Positions 50,023-63,000 of a DNA stretch of 64,000 nt are shown piece after piece. Position 1 is the first letter of the stretch; the number at the start of each line of letters is the position of its first letter. Where the stretch lies: sequence record NC_027399.1; one strand, given 5' to 3'. Position numbers and translations under genes: made by a program. The notes beneath the pieces were generated by a model that saw only the letters and a list, made by a program, of their open reading frames with translations, made no database searches and was not told the DNA's origin.

Positions 50023-53000
50023 TTATATAACATTTAACAAGTTATTGAGTACCAAACCGTCAATTTTCAATGAATTAGCATACACACTTACATCAATTGG
50101 TTTGTAATAATTTTTATAAACACTAAAATTAAGTTCAACACCAAGATTGATACCAGTGAATGTATATGTTTCACCTTTAGCAAAATAGTGTTCAGCACTA
50201 TACATATCTGAACGAAGGATATTGTTATTATTTCGCACATGAACTTTTTCATATCCAAGTACGATAATATCATCATAACTAGTACTACCAGTAATGATAT
50301 TATCCTTAACACTATATGTACCAACTGAAACTGGCTCCACCACATAAGTGGTATTTTCATTCTCAACTTTAGTAACACTGGTTACTGTACAAGTTGTATC
50401 ACCGATATACACTTTATCTGTTAAATCATATGAGTAAGTCCATCTTACACCATCGAACACAGGTTTAATATCATCGACGTCATATTCATATACAGTAAAC
50501 TCTAAACTTTCTGGAGTTCCAATACGAACCAGTTCATCTAATGTACCAACACCGGTATTTGGCATGAAATATCCACTATCAACCACACCATCAGAAGTTT
50601 CAACTAACTCATTAGAGATTAGCCAAACATCCAAATCTAATGGATCTATTTCATCCGTGTAATCACCATTATTCAAAGAAATATCATAGAATACATCATA
50701 GTCCATAACATCAACTCTGTAATTTCTTATACTTTCATACAACAAATCACCATTGTTATTGAACTCATGGTCTGCAAAACTTCTAATACGAATAACATTT
50801 ATACTTGTTTTTGTATAAGGTTCACCAGTATTATTAGTGGTTAAATTATTAAACTCAAGTTTATTTCCATTTAAATCAACCAAAGAATAAACTCCGTTGT
50901 TAAGCTCAACTTCAAACATAATAGGTCGATCATTCTCTTTGATTTTATCAGTACTGAGAATAAGTTCATGAGTAAAGTTCTGGTATCTGTAATAATCATC
51001 ACCATCTGGGGTAAACACCATAACTTTATCACCACTATTGAGATTACTATTTTTCATCAAGAATTCAGTACTGCTTATAATACTATCAATAGTACTGATA
51101 TAATTATAAGAGTCTTTCTTAATTACTGTGCGGTTTACATAGTTTTGTACCAGACTATATGGAGGAATGCTCACAATAGCTTCTGTACGCTTGTATGGAT
51201 TGAGAACAACAAAACCCTCTATCTGGAATCGACTAAAGTCTTTAATCTGCTGTAGAGATGTAGAATCGTTACTATAACCATCTACTGTAAAACGCATTTG
51301 TGAAATAGCATTAGCACTTGGGTTCAACTCGGAAATATCAATGAAAACTGATTCAGTCAAATCACCTTCGTAGCTCAGTGCGACAGTTTTATATTGAGAT
51401 TCCAAACCTAAATTATCATAAGCATTCATATCATTATAATACTTCTGCCCCTTGATTCCCTCAAGTACAACCATGTAGTCACTGTACATTGGATTATTAT
51501 CATCCATTTCCAGATCATCCATATCAATCTCAACTGCTGTAACTACTGAACCATCAGTAATGAAAAGATCTTCCATATATTCATCAATGCTACGATCATC
51601 AGGAATACTAACATAACTACCGTTAATATTGAATCTAATATATTTTCTCGGGATCATTACAAATGCCTGAATATCCATTGATTTACGATTACTATTCAGA
51701 ATATCCTCTGCATATGCATAAGGATCATCACTGTCTTTATCAAACGTGTTACGAATAGCAGTTAGTACATGGATAGCATCTTTGTAATAACGACCCTGAG
51801 AATCAATATCATATTTGAAACAATAGATACCGTATTCAATTTCCATTACGCTTCTGATGGTTTCTTCATCAGCATCTGGTGTTTCTTCCAAAATAAGTTC
51901 TCTATAATGGGCGAATAAATCCTCACTAATTTCAAAATATCCCATGTTGAAGTCAGAACTTGAACTAAAACCAAAAGGTAATCTCGTATTCGGATTATCA
52001 TTGTAAATTTCACCACTCAGACCACAACCAATGGTATCATGGATTACATCTGAACTCATTGAACTATAAAGTTTTAATCTATTACTCAATGTATTATATT
52101 GTGAATACATTCTAACATCTTGTGTTAAGTTAGAAGTACTATACAATTCAGAAGTGATTCTGTCTAAATCAGAAGTGAAACTTTCAGTTCTTTCAGCATC
52201 ATCAACGTTCAATTTATACCATGCATTGATAGCATCAACTAAATCCAGACTTGTATCAAAATCAGAATATAGTTCAAACATATCAACAGAAATCTGAGTA
52301 TAAATTTCATCTACCTCAACAACTGGTAGTGTATACTTGAAACGCTGGATTTCATAGTACTGTACATTATCATCAGAATTACTTACATACTTAGCATTGT
52401 TCTCTTCCAGACTTGTAACATCATATAAATCACTATCAGGCTGGCATTGAACATTATCAAATTGCATTGAGATATCAATTTCCTGGAATTTTCTATCTGG
52501 GTAAACGAAGTCGTTTGGTATTGAACCAACTACCACCCATTGTCCAGTACTTTCATTATATTCAGCATATTCATGATCCCAAATATCAGATTGTGTTTTA
52601 ACCCAAATTGTACCGTTATATTCATAACCATTTGGATCTAAATCATTACAAACACCATAAACATAATCAGTGTCGGATGTTTTCTGTTCAATTTGAGAAC
52701 GAATTTTAGTCCTGTACGGTTTAACTTCATTGAAATATTCAATAATCTGATTAATCAATTCGTCATTAGTGTAATTTTGTTTAAGTGATTGTTCTAACCC
52801 AACAATATAAATGTATGAAGTTTTGAATACCCAATCAACCACACCCTGTTCAACGTGTACGTATTTAACCATGTCAAATACAATATTACTTTGAGCTAAA
52901 TCGAATGTATTTTTGATTAAATCTAATGCACTTCTTACATTAATTTCCTTGTTGCTTAAAGAACCATCACTGTTATAAACTTCATACCCATCATATAAAG

Positions 53001-56000
53001 ATGAATTAAGAGCGATTGTGCTGTTTTGACGCCCAATAGCATTCCAGAATACAGTATTACGTGATGATGTTTTCACATACATTGTCCATCCATCTGAATC
53101 AGTGATTCGAATAACATCACCAACTTGATAGTTTTTGGTATTAGCTATATCCAGGCTGGCTTCCTGAGTATAATCAGTATTTTCATCATACCCATCACTA
53201 TACCAGTCAGCATATTCCCAGTACTGGGTCATGTCAAGAGAAGTACCAAGTGATTCAACATAATCACTCTGTTTAATCATACTATGTTGTCCTTCACCTA
53301 GACCTTCCAGTGTGATTGTTGATGGATTAGCATCAATACTCTTTGTAGTCATGAATCTTATATAACCATTACTATCGTAGTGGACGAAATATACTGAAGT
53401 TGTATCTAGCGGGGATGGTAATACACCAGTACTACTCAAAATTACTGCATCGTTTTCATCGAATTTATCAAAATCAGTTGAGACAACAAATTCGTTATTG
53501 TATGCCAGAACCCTGAATGTAACTGAATTTTCATTCACCTCAGTAGTTTTAACATTGAAAACTTCACTCATTAATACCGTATCAGTTATGATATTTTGTG
53601 TTTTGTAATAATTATTTGCACTATCTACAAACGTTCTGCGAGCTTCAATCAAATCCATAAACCAGGTTTTAGATGAACCCAACCCTAATTCTACATCAGG
53701 ATAAACAATTTCATTTACTACACCACTCTTCGTGGTTTCGTGTCCTTTCAGAGAATTCCACAGAGAATTCCATATATCTGAATTGAAATTATAGCTATCT
53801 CCTTCTTTACATAGCTGATATTGTTCATGTTTAATAATATCAACACTATCTTCATGATAAGAAACTGTCAAAATGCTGGTATCATCAGTAATTTCATATT
53901 GCATATTACTAAGAATGAATGAATTCTCGTTAATTGGTGCAAACCAAGGAACGTCCAGTAAATGTGGATCTTTAATAATACGTGCAATATCAGTACATGA
54001 TTTACTTCTGGTGTTAATTGGTGGTACATAAATTGTATCTCTTACCCAGAAATAATAATACGTAACATATGAATCAGTTGTTTCATCATACTCAATGAAT
54101 GAAGTATAATTATCCATGATTGCAGTACCAGAAGGTATATACATAGTGTTATTTTTATTATTTTTAGTTTGTTCCTGACAGTATTTGTCCCAATTATATG
54201 GCTGTACTGGAGATTTAACCCACTCAAGAACATTAATATCACTATGTGGTAGCAATCTACCCCAGTTATAACGACGATATTCATTTGTAGCATCTTCATC
54301 AATGTCACCATTCTCATCCAGTACTGGGCGAGTGTAATCCAAATAAAATGCAGTACTGGTGTCCCACCATACTTGACCAACTTTCTCAGAACCCCATGCT
54401 TGAAGAGTTTCTCCATTGCTATTGTACTGAGCAGGGTCTACTGGAGAGATATAAGATACATCTTTCATTGCAGTCCCAGGTAAAACACCATTAATTGGGT
54501 CAAATATATTAAGATATAATTCAGTAATGTTTGTTTTTGAATTATAAGTAGATGGTCTATCAAATAAAGTACTATCTGGAACATCAAAACTGTATTTTTT
54601 ATCAATATATGCCTGACGTTCGGTTGTATCACTGAATCTGGATGTATATTTGTACAGTTTTGGTCTTGTATCTGGATCAGTGAAATTAATTGTGATACTT
54701 GTATCAAACGGAACAACAATTTTAGTTTTATCATCCCCTGCCGTGAAATATTGACTTTCTACTGTTAATGCATCTGGCATAAAATATGTATCATCAACAA
54801 AATAATAATAATCACCATCATCTAATGGAGCTTCGGCATCTAATTGAACAGTACAGTACTGTTCAGCATAAGTATCAGTATTTTCAATTGGAGTAATTGA
54901 TAACATAGATACACCAGTATCAACTAAATCAAAAATGTTCCATTCCTGATTCATATCAACGAACATCCACACTGAATCTGGATTTTCACCATTATTTTTA
55001 ATATAATTCATGCGGTCTTCATATGAATCCTGATAAGTCCATGTAGTATAAGATACTTCATTTAAATTAACTGGGCCAATATCAGGTAAATGGATATTAT
55101 CACTCTTTCNGCGGAATTTACCTTTAGGACGAGTAATCCATCTGGAATCTTCACCTTGTGAACCATAATAAACTATTTCAGTACTACTTGTACTTGTATT
55201 AACATCTTTATTAAACGTAACCAGTTGTGGTTCTTGTTTAAAATCACTGTTAATTAATTGAAATTGTAAATTTTTCTTGGCATTAACGTTTCCATAAGTA
55301 CCAACTTTAAAAGCCCACTCTTGTAGTGCTTTATATTCATCAGTATTATATGATTTAGATACACGAAGAACGCGTTCCATTACCAAATTAGAGCCTTTAT
55401 CTCTAATAAAACCACGATAAAAATCAACACGGTTGGGATTATTAGTGATCATTTGCTGTAAGTAATCACGAGTTTGATATCCAATAACATGAGTACTTAG
55501 ATCATACAGTTGAACATCAGAAACAGGATCATTTGAATCATAATAATGTTGGAAATTAGTAACTAATGTTTCAAATGATGGTAATGTACCAGCTTCAAGA
55601 ATTATAAATCCGGGTGCTTGTAGGCGACCAACCCAGTTATCAGTGATATAACCGTACATTTTCACCAATTCCTGAATAGAACCGAATGTAGGTTGATAAA
55701 TGCTATCACCAAAAATAGTTTTATCATCAAATACCACTGCATGTTCCCATGAACATACACCTAAACGAACCAACGCCATGCGTTTATCGGCATCTTCATT
55801 AACTCTAACAGTGAAAACATTACCAATTCTTGATGTTTCAACTTCATATGGGTAGATACCACTGTTATCATCGTCCAACAGACTCCAGACACCACCATTT
55901 GTTTCACTAATACTTTGTACTGAGCCAAAATAAGTTCCGAATTTGGCATTTTTAGAGCTTGGTGTACATGAAATGTAATCACCAATGGTTAAATCTGTGG

Positions 56001-59000
56001 TACTCCATTGTAAAAAGTACTTAGCAATAGTAGACCAGTCCTGTTGTACCCCAGTGTCATCAACATCTTCAAAAATCCATCCATGTTCAACAAGATATTG
56101 ACCATATCCACACAGGAATGTATAAACATCCTGGAATGTGTTAAGAATAGATCCATATTCAAGCGTATCATCTTCTTTCCATTCCATATAATGAACAACA
56201 GTGCGATTTCCTTCAGTTACGGTTACTTTTTTACCATTTTTAACTGGTAATTTATAAGTAAACGTAGCATTAACCAAATCATAACCTTTAATAATATAAT
56301 TACTACCATTGAAAGTGATTTTAACTGCACTAAGAACTTCATTTTTGATATTATTAGAGCGTACCAGTCCGATTGTTTGGTTTTCTTGTGAAATTAAACC
56401 AAACGATTCAGATGTAAATGTTAATTCATTGCTCTTTGTAAATCCACCAAGCTTGTGTGCAATACTGATGTATGAAGTTCTAACTAAATCACCATATTTT
56501 GAAGTAATATTCTTACTTTGATAGGTTAAGTAGTTACTAACAGCCATTTGATAACCAAGAACACGAGTATTATTTTCACCATGAACCACCGTATCTGAAT
56601 TAAAATTCAGTCGAGTTCTGGTTTCTTTGTACTGCAATTGTAAACCACCATTTTTTACAGTTTTTAGTGTATCATTTAGTGTATCCCAGAAATAATTACA
56701 GAATTGTGCTGGTTTTGCACGATATATCTGCATCATTACATCATAACTAAACATTGCGTTATTCATATAGGTGAATTCGTTGTCACCCATATCACCATAA
56801 GACCATGGTGCACTGCGTTCTTTGATCGTACCTTTTACTAAACCAAGAACGTCAGGTTGAATATAATCAACGGTACAAATTTCTTTACCATTAGTTGAAT
56901 ATTCACCTGTTTTAGTAATTACAAATGGTTGAGTACCAAAACGCTTGTACTTATCATGCTGTCCCTTACGATCTCCATATAAAATGGTACCAGTACTGGC
57001 ATCACCTTTAACACCATTAACATCCCAAAGACCACTTGGTACTAATTCACCACTTTCATTAACAACCAATGCTTCATATACATATAAAATGTCATCTTCA
57101 TTTGTGCCTACCTGAACTTCAGTTGGTTCATATTCCTGATTCCACCAGGTTGGACGAACACCAAAGCCAAACATTTCCCATGGATGAGTTGCAGGGCGAT
57201 AAGTCCCGAACTGATCAGTATATATGGCACGCCAAGAACCACGTGCAGGAAAATCGGTAATTACACCATTAACTGTATAATAGGTACCACTATAATTCCA
57301 CGTCATCCAGTTTTGTTGGTCATAATTATGAGTAGTACTGTCAATTCCGTTGGTTGCAATGAAGTTAATATACCCACGTAGTAATAATTCATCACGTTCT
57401 TCTGCACTATACTCAGTATCCCTGTAATATGGTGTTGGAAACAGATCTGAACTATCAAGTTCAGGTTGATAATCTTCATCTTTGAAAGTATTATCAATAC
57501 TGTTATAAATTCTATTCTCAAGTTCATAGATAACATCATCCATTTTATCTACACCGTTAATAACACGATAAGATTTGGTAATTTCACCAGTATGACGAAT
57601 ATTATACGGTACTTGTTTGGATGCAGCAGTCAGGTATACAGTTTTTTCTGGCTTATGTACTTTAAGAACACCCATAAATTGTGGTGTAGGTGGAATAAAA
57701 GTACGAATTGTAGTTGTAGTACTCCCTACGCCATCGTAATAGAACGCAAAAGTAGAATCTTTACCAACATTAATGTTACTCAAAATAGTATCACAAATAT
57801 CACTACTTGAAGTGCTTAAAAATTTACTTGGGTCTTCTTTATACATATTAAGCATGTAGTTTTCAAATCTGTTATTAAAACGAAGATATTCACCTTGTAA
57901 AAACATTAATGCTTCAAAAAGATCAATATCACTATTAGCAGTATGTGCCATTAGTGGAAGTAGTGATCCTTCGTTTTGAATAATTTTAGTACCAACAGCA
58001 TTATCAACTAACCCTTGTTCAAGACGTTCTTCATAATCATTGATATTATCCACGGCACCAGATGTGATATTTTTTTGTACAATTTCCTGAAAATGTAAAG
58101 TATAATTACTTTGATCAATATAAGAAATATTATCACTATATGGGTTATTTTGTAAATTTACTGGAATTTCATAACTACCAAGATCGGTATCTGGTACTTC
58201 AGTACTACTATAAGTTCTGATTTGAATCACACTTTCAGAGTCCAAATCAACAGAGTCACCAATGGTGATGCTTTGTACTTTACCATTAGACACATTTCTT
58301 GTATAATCTTCAACTACAACACCATTGACCTGAATTTCAATGATATCTGAACTTCCATCAATGACTTTTTGTGCCAGTTCATAACTGCGGTTATACAATT
58401 CACTCTGAATACCTTCAGTGTTTACCATATGCCAGTCATAATAAGTTTCAGATTCTTCTTTGTAGTATTGATAGGTTGCATTGGTTTCAATAACATATGC
58501 ATACATACCATCAATGGCTTGACTGGAAAAGCTTTCCATTTCATATACAGTACTGAACACTCTGTACATATCAGTGCGTTCAACTTGAGGTGTTTGTTTT
58601 ACAAATTGTTTAGAAAATTCAGTACTACGAACCCAGTCAGTTTTTAATACACTATCTTCATCACCAATGATATTGTAATAATAAAATCCAGGGATTTCTT
58701 TAGTTTCACCAGAACTGATGTATTCATAACGAGTACTTTCAATAAAATTTTCGTATATATAATAATTATAATCACCCAATTCTACATTATATCCATAATA
58801 ACTATCAACTTTGTAGTTGTAGTTAATTTTTAGTCCAAACAGAGAAGAACCACTGAAGGTACTTGACGGATATACAGTACTATCTTGTAATTTTACACCA
58901 TTTCGATCATATAACTGGAAAAGAGGGAATGCATTTGTTCCATTCTTTTTCTGAGTTGCAATCCAGTTATGCCCATTCCAGTACATAGTGGTATTTCCAT

Positions 59001-59976
59001 AAACTTTACCACTTTTAATTAATACAACATCACCATCAAGTGGTTCACCACTTACACGTTCTGGTGTTTCTTCATCTGGGTCTAATGCTAAACCATAAAC
59101 GCGAGTACCATCCTGCATTTGGTTGATGTATACTTTATAAATTCTGTTATTTTCACCACTGTTACCAATGCTGGTAAAAAGAATACGCATTCCGTCTAAT
59201 GGGATTTGTCCATCAATACGAATACCCTGATTAATATCTTTTTGTACGATATCTTCTGGTTTTAATGAATCACTTAGTAGATCCACCACACCACGGAACT
59301 GTGTACCAAAATTGATTAGTTCGATATCTTTGTTATATTCAATAATTGGTACTTGTGCACGTACAAAACGATTATCATATGATAATTCATCATTCAGTAC
59401 TGAACCATCTGGTAAAGTATCACCAATGGTATACCAGAAGTTTTGTAATGACCATAAGTTTCCGTTTTTAGCATTACGTTGCATTACAACATAATCAGGA
59501 CTAGCGATACCATATTCATTTTCAGTATCCCAAAGATATGAACTAAAATTAATCATTTTATTTGGATTAATTGGTGGAGTCCATGAATAAATTCTTGAAT
59601 TAAACAGTCGGCTTTGATTATCAGTAATTGCACCATAATGATTCATATAAGAAACCAGATCATCATAGAATTCAATACTACGAATACTTTGATCTACATT
59701 ACGGGAGACATAAGCTGGAGATAACTGATATGCTTGGCGTGGTTGTGTTGATTCATTAACGAAAATCTTACCACTCGCTGCTGGAGAACCCATATCACCA
59801 AGATACCCATCAACGATTTTTTGTTCAGTGGGATTAAAGAATTGTTGAATAACATCATCACATACCTTTTGGATATCTTCCAAGCCTTGCATCCATTCTG
59901 GTAATCTCTTAATGAACAACTTTTGTTGTACTGCTTCAGCCGTTTTTGTTGGTTGAAACTTAAAATCATTAGCCAT
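50023..59976 (-). CDS. giant (~3.3k aa) baseplate/virion structural protein
   Basis: Uninterrupted ORF downstream of gp6-like gene; GGAG RBS before MANDF; YFNEVKPYRTKIR motif; TAAATA at 60015-60020. Confidence 0.8.
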   Translation of the reverse strand: MANDFKFQPTKTAEAVQQKLFIKRLPEWMQGLEDIQKVCDDVIQQFFNPTEQKIVDGYLGDMGSPAASGKIFVNESTQPRQAYQLSPAYVSRNVDQSIRSIEFYDDLVSYMNHYGAITDNQSRLFNSRIYSWTPPINPNKMINFSSYLWDTENEYGIASPDYVVMQRNAKNGNLWSLQNFWYTIGDTLPDGSVLNDELSYDNRFVRAQVPIIEYNKDIELINFGTQFRGVVDLLSDSLKPEDIVQKDINQGIRIDGQIPLDGMRILFTSIGNSGENNRIYKVYINQMQDGTRVYGLALDPDEETPERVSGEPLDGDVVLIKSGKVYGNTTMYWNGHNWIATQKKNGTNAFPLFQLYDRNGVKLQDSTVYPSSTFSGSSLFGLKINYNYKVDSYYGYNVELGDYNYYIYENFIESTRYEYISSGETKEIPGFYYYNIIGDEDSVLKTDWVRSTEFSKQFVKQTPQVERTDMYRVFSTVYEMESFSSQAIDGMYAYVIETNATYQYYKEESETYYDWHMVNTEGIQSELYNRSYELAQKVIDGSSDIIEIQVNGVVVEDYTRNVSNGKVQSITIGDSVDLDSESVIQIRTYSSTEVPDTDLGSYEIPVNLQNNPYSDNISYIDQSNYTLHFQEIVQKNITSGAVDNINDYEERLEQGLVDNAVGTKIIQNEGSLLPLMAHTANSDIDLFEALMFLQGEYLRFNNRFENYMLNMYKEDPSKFLSTSSSDICDTILSNINVGKDSTFAFYYDGVGSTTTTIRTFIPPTPQFMGVLKVHKPEKTVYLTAASKQVPYNIRHTGEITKSYRVINGVDKMDDVIYELENRIYNSIDNTFKDEDYQPELDSSDLFPTPYYRDTEYSAEERDELLLRGYINFIATNGIDSTTHNYDQQNWMTWNYSGTYYTVNGVITDFPARGSWRAIYTDQFGTYRPATHPWEMFGFGVRPTWWNQEYEPTEVQVGTNEDDILYVYEALVVNESGELVPSGLWDVNGVKGDASTGTILYGDRKGQHDKYKRFGTQPFVITKTGEYSTNGKEICTVDYIQPDVLGLVKGTIKERSAPWSYGDMGDNEFTYMNNAMFSYDVMMQIYRAKPAQFCNYFWDTLNDTLKTVKNGGLQLQYKETRTRLNFNSDTVVHGENNTRVLGYQMAVSNYLTYQSKNITSKYGDLVRTSYISIAHKLGGFTKSNELTFTSESFGLISQENQTIGLVRSNNIKNEVLSAVKITFNGSNYIIKGYDLVNATFTYKLPVKNGKKVTVTEGNRTVVHYMEWKEDDTLEYGSILNTFQDVYTFLCGYGQYLVEHGWIFEDVDDTGVQQDWSTIAKYFLQWSTTDLTIGDYISCTPSSKNAKFGTYFGSVQSISETNGGVWSLLDDDNSGIYPYEVETSRIGNVFTVRVNEDADKRMALVRLGVCSWEHAVVFDDKTIFGDSIYQPTFGSIQELVKMYGYITDNWVGRLQAPGFIILEAGTLPSFETLVTNFQHYYDSNDPVSDVQLYDLSTHVIGYQTRDYLQQMITNNPNRVDFYRGFIRDKGSNLVMERVLRVSKSYNTDEYKALQEWAFKVGTYGNVNAKKNLQFQLINSDFKQEPQLVTFNKDVNTSTSSTEIVYYGSQGEDSRWITRPKGKFRXKSDNIHLPDIGPVNLNEVSYTTWTYQDSYEDRMNYIKNNGENPDSVWMFVDMNQEWNIFDLVDTGVSMLSITPIENTDTYAEQYCTVQLDAEAPLDDGDYYYFVDDTYFMPDALTVESQYFTAGDDKTKIVVPFDTSITINFTDPDTRPKLYKYTSRFSDTTERQAYIDKKYSFDVPDSTLFDRPSTYNSKTNITELYLNIFDPINGVLPGTAMKDVSYISPVDPAQYNSNGETLQAWGSEKVGQVWWDTSTAFYLDYTRPVLDENGDIDEDATNEYRRYNWGRLLPHSDINVLEWVKSPVQPYNWDKYCQEQTKNNKNNTMYIPSGTAIMDNYTSFIEYDETTDSYVTYYYFWVRDTIYVPPINTRSKSCTDIARIIKDPHLLDVPWFAPINENSFILSNMQYEITDDTSILTVSYHEDSVDIIKHEQYQLCKEGDSYNFNSDIWNSLWNSLKGHETTKSGVVNEIVYPDVELGLGSSKTWFMDLIEARRTFVDSANNYYKTQNIITDTVLMSEVFNVKTTEVNENSVTFRVLAYNNEFVVSTDFDKFDENDAVILSSTGVLPSPLDTTSVYFVHYDSNGYIRFMTTKSIDANPSTITLEGLGEGQHSMIKQSDYVESLGTSLDMTQYWEYADWYSDGYDENTDYTQEASLDIANTKNYQVGDVIRITDSDGWTMYVKTSSRNTVFWNAIGRQNSTIALNSSLYDGYEVYNSDGSLSNKEINVRSALDLIKNTFDLAQSNIVFDMVKYVHVEQGVVDWVFKTSYIYIVGLEQSLKQNYTNDELINQIIEYFNEVKPYRTKIRSQIEQKTSDTDYVYGVCNDLDPNGYEYNGTIWVKTQSDIWDHEYAEYNESTGQWVVVGSIPNDFVYPDRKFQEIDISMQFDNVQCQPDSDLYDVTSLEENNAKYVSNSDDNVQYYEIQRFKYTLPVVEVDEIYTQISVDMFELYSDFDTSLDLVDAINAWYKLNVDDAERTESFTSDLDRITSELYSTSNLTQDVRMYSQYNTLSNRLKLYSSMSSDVIHDTIGCGLSGEIYNDNPNTRLPFGFSSSSDFNMGYFEISEDLFAHYRELILEETPDADEETIRSVMEIEYGIYCFKYDIDSQGRYYKDAIHVLTAIRNTFDKDSDDPYAYAEDILNSNRKSMDIQAFVMIPRKYIRFNINGSYVSIPDDRSIDEYMEDLFITDGSVVTAVEIDMDDLEMDDNNPMYSDYMVVLEGIKGQKYYNDMNAYDNLGLESQYKTVALSYEGDLTESVFIDISELNPSANAISQMRFTVDGYSNDSTSLQQIKDFSRFQIEGFVVLNPYKRTEAIVSIPPYSLVQNYVNRTVIKKDSYNYISTIDSIISSTEFLMKNSNLNSGDKVMVFTPDGDDYYRYQNFTHELILSTDKIKENDRPIMFEVELNNGVYSLVDLNGNKLEFNNLTTNNTGEPYTKTSINVIRIRSFADHEFNNNGDLLYESIRNYRVDVMDYDVFYDISLNNGDYTDEIDPLDLDVWLISNELVETSDGVVDSGYFMPNTGVGTLDELVRIGTPESLEFTVYEYDVDDIKPVFDGVRWTYSYDLTDKVYIGDTTCTVTSVTKVENENTTYVVEPVSVGTYSVKDNIITGSTSYDDIIVLGYEKVHVRNNNNILRSDMYSAEHYFAKGETYTFTGINLGVELNFSVYKNYYKPIDVSVYANSLKIDGLVLNNLLNVI

Positions 59977-60026
59977 GTTTAGCTCCATAAATTCTTTCTT
60001 ATATCATATGTTTTTATTTATTACAT

Positions 60027-60052
60027 AAAAAGGCGTCCACAGTGGACGCCTT
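60027..60052 (-). terminator. intrinsic terminator
   Basis: AAGGCGTCCAC-a-GTGGACGCCTT, T tract on - strand. Confidence 0.75.
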
Positions 60053-60055
60053 AAA

Positions 60056-63000
60056 TTATGAACCAATATTGATATTAGTCTTAGCAAGGGATTTGACAAT
60101 TTGTACATTATCAACTGTTGCAGTACTAATAAAAATCTGATCACTTTGAGATGGTATTTCAAATAAAGAACCAAATTTAGAATCTGGATTTTGTGATACA
60201 ATAACGATTGTACTAATATACCTACCTAAATTACTTTGAATATAAGTACACAAATCAGTATAATAAAAACTTTCACCAAAGTCCCAGTTATCTATACTGA
60301 AGTATTCATTACAAAGAGAAATAACATTTTGTCTTATTTCATCATCACTCATAGTAGTATTTGGTAGTGGTACCACTTTGAAATCAGCCCTGTATGATTC
60401 ATCTGCACTATCACCAAATAAAGGAAGATATCTTGCACTGTGCCAAATTAAACTATCACTGATTACACTCCTTAACTCAACATCGCTAAATGTTTGTTTA
60501 AGTTCAACTGAAGTTGGTGGTTTAGGAATAGTACCACTTGCACCATTCTTAATCCACAATTGTACTTCATCATGATAAGATGTTGTTAATACATACATAT
60601 CAATTAGGTTAGTTTTACTTGGATCTATGCGATTATCATCTGGTGCATAATGTTTCCAGTGGAAATATACCCCGCTTCTTGCACCAACTTTAACATCGTA
60701 TTGAGTACTTACATCATCATATCCATAATAACTGAGTTTTTGGTTTTCATCAACATCGGATGAACCGTTATTCATAATAGCTCTATAAAACGCAGTTTCT
60801 GGTGTAATAGCCGAAGTATCATCAGATGAAGTCATATTTGTAATTAAATTATTAAGACGATCATTGTTATTTCCCACATTTTGTTCAATGAAGTAATAAT
60901 TATCATTGTACGCAAATCCAATAACAAAACCTGAACCTTTATTGAACAAATCACTCAATAAGGTACTTCTGATTTCCACGTTTCTGGTAAATTCTTTTCG
61001 TTTATATGCATTGGTTTCTGCTAATGCATCAGAATTAGTATATTTCCATGAAGAATCTAATAAAGTAAAATCATCATCTGGTAAATTTAATGCTTCTACC
61101 GTGAAATCTTCATTTTGCTGGAATATCAAAATTGCACCATATTTTTTGAGATCAGTTGATTCCCAGTCCGGTACTATATTACTGAATTGATTTGGCTCAA
61201 GTGGGATACCATTGGTATCTATTTTAGTACTACTGATAACTACACGAGAACCATCTATATAACCATTATCCTGTTCAATATTATCAATAATCTGGAACTG
61301 GATATCACTAGACAGACCCAAATTACTGGTATCAGTAGTATTTGAACTTAAAATTGTTATTTTATCGTTCTGTACTGTACCACTGTTGATATCATTAATT
61401 TTATTTGGGTTAACAAAATAAAAACGAACTTTAGAACCACCAACGAAGATATATTCAATACCATTTGATTCAAAACTCCATGATTCAGATGTGTACTTGA
61501 TATTAACCATTACTGGAACAGTAATACCCTGATATGAGATTTCTTCTTCATCAGTACTGATTTCAACTGGAACCCAGCGTGAAATAGATGTATCATAAAT
61601 GAGTACAAAATCCGTTTTTTTATCCAGTTCAGCGGAAATAGATTGAATTTCGACTGAATTGAAACTAATTCGGTAAGGTTTGATATATTCCTGAATATAC
61701 ATAGATGTAGGAACAGTAGTACTTAAAATATAATATCCATTCTCAAGGACATTAGTGATACTACTCCATATCGTCGTGTTTCCATCAGTGAATAAAATTA
61801 AAGTACCAACTTGGTAATCATACAAGGTCTTTCCTGTACTATCAAGTATTTTACCATATGTATTGTTTGTATAATTTGAATTATATTCAGGAGTCCAGAT
61901 ATTTCTCAATTCAAGTGTGACAGTATTACTTGGATATGATTGATATTTCTGTATAACTGCATTTTCACCAATTAATGGTTGGATACTATCAACTACTATA
62001 CTTGCATTTGGTTTAGATGTTGGCAATGATACTGTATTTTTATAAGTAACTTTATCTTTATACATACTACCATCATCACTGAATACATCAGTGTTTTGAT
62101 ATTTCCCGGTTGGGTCATTAATGTCAATGAATCGTGACTGACCACTATATATTCGGTTAATAGCTTTTGCTTTTTGAACCAAATTACCCTGACTTAATGG
62201 TGCAATATCATAATCCTCACCATTGACAAATCGGTTTTGGGTGTAATATAATTGTGGAGCACGAGCTTTAATCTGTTCCAGAGTTTCAGCACTTTGTGCA
62301 CGACTACTTTCGTACTGTAATGTAAATTTAACTTCAAGGATACTCTGTTCGTAGTTTGATTGTGCATTAGTTCTGTACTGATATTTTATACTTTTATTTT
62401 GGATATCAGTTGTTTTAATACTGTATGTCATCCCATTACTAACACGATACCACGTTCTGAATGTTCCACGTGGAACAACACCACTTCTTGAATCAGGAAA
62501 CTTAATACTAATTTGATCATTATCACGCGTGGTTACAGCGAAAATAGTTTGTTTTTTTCTGTCTACACTGTTATAAGCAACACTTTCCATTGCAGGAACT
62601 TTAGTCCATTTGGTTCTTACTAAACCGTCCTGATTAATTTCTTGTACCCAAACATCTGTTTCATTAATATTATTAACATTAATATCCTGTAAACGATTTT
62701 CAATACTCACACTATAATCGAAGTCTTGTTTAGAAAGTGTGCCTTGTTTGAAATAAACGAAAAATCCAGTATTGATTGAATTAAAACCATTACCATCATT
62801 CTGATAAATGATATATTTTTGTTCTTGTGGTTCAGGATGGCGTTCATCGACACCAGAAGAGCTAATATCAGGGTTTACTACTTCAAATTTCATACTTTCA
62901 CCATTTACGTTTGCACTAAATGGGATAGCTGGTGATTGCATTTGATTAGTATTCATTTTATACAAATGAGTACTCAACCCATTCACATTAGTTTTCTTAA

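Noticed and set aside
55110-55110. Ambiguous base in the giant ORF
   Set aside because: Frame is maintained on both sides; sequencing ambiguity only
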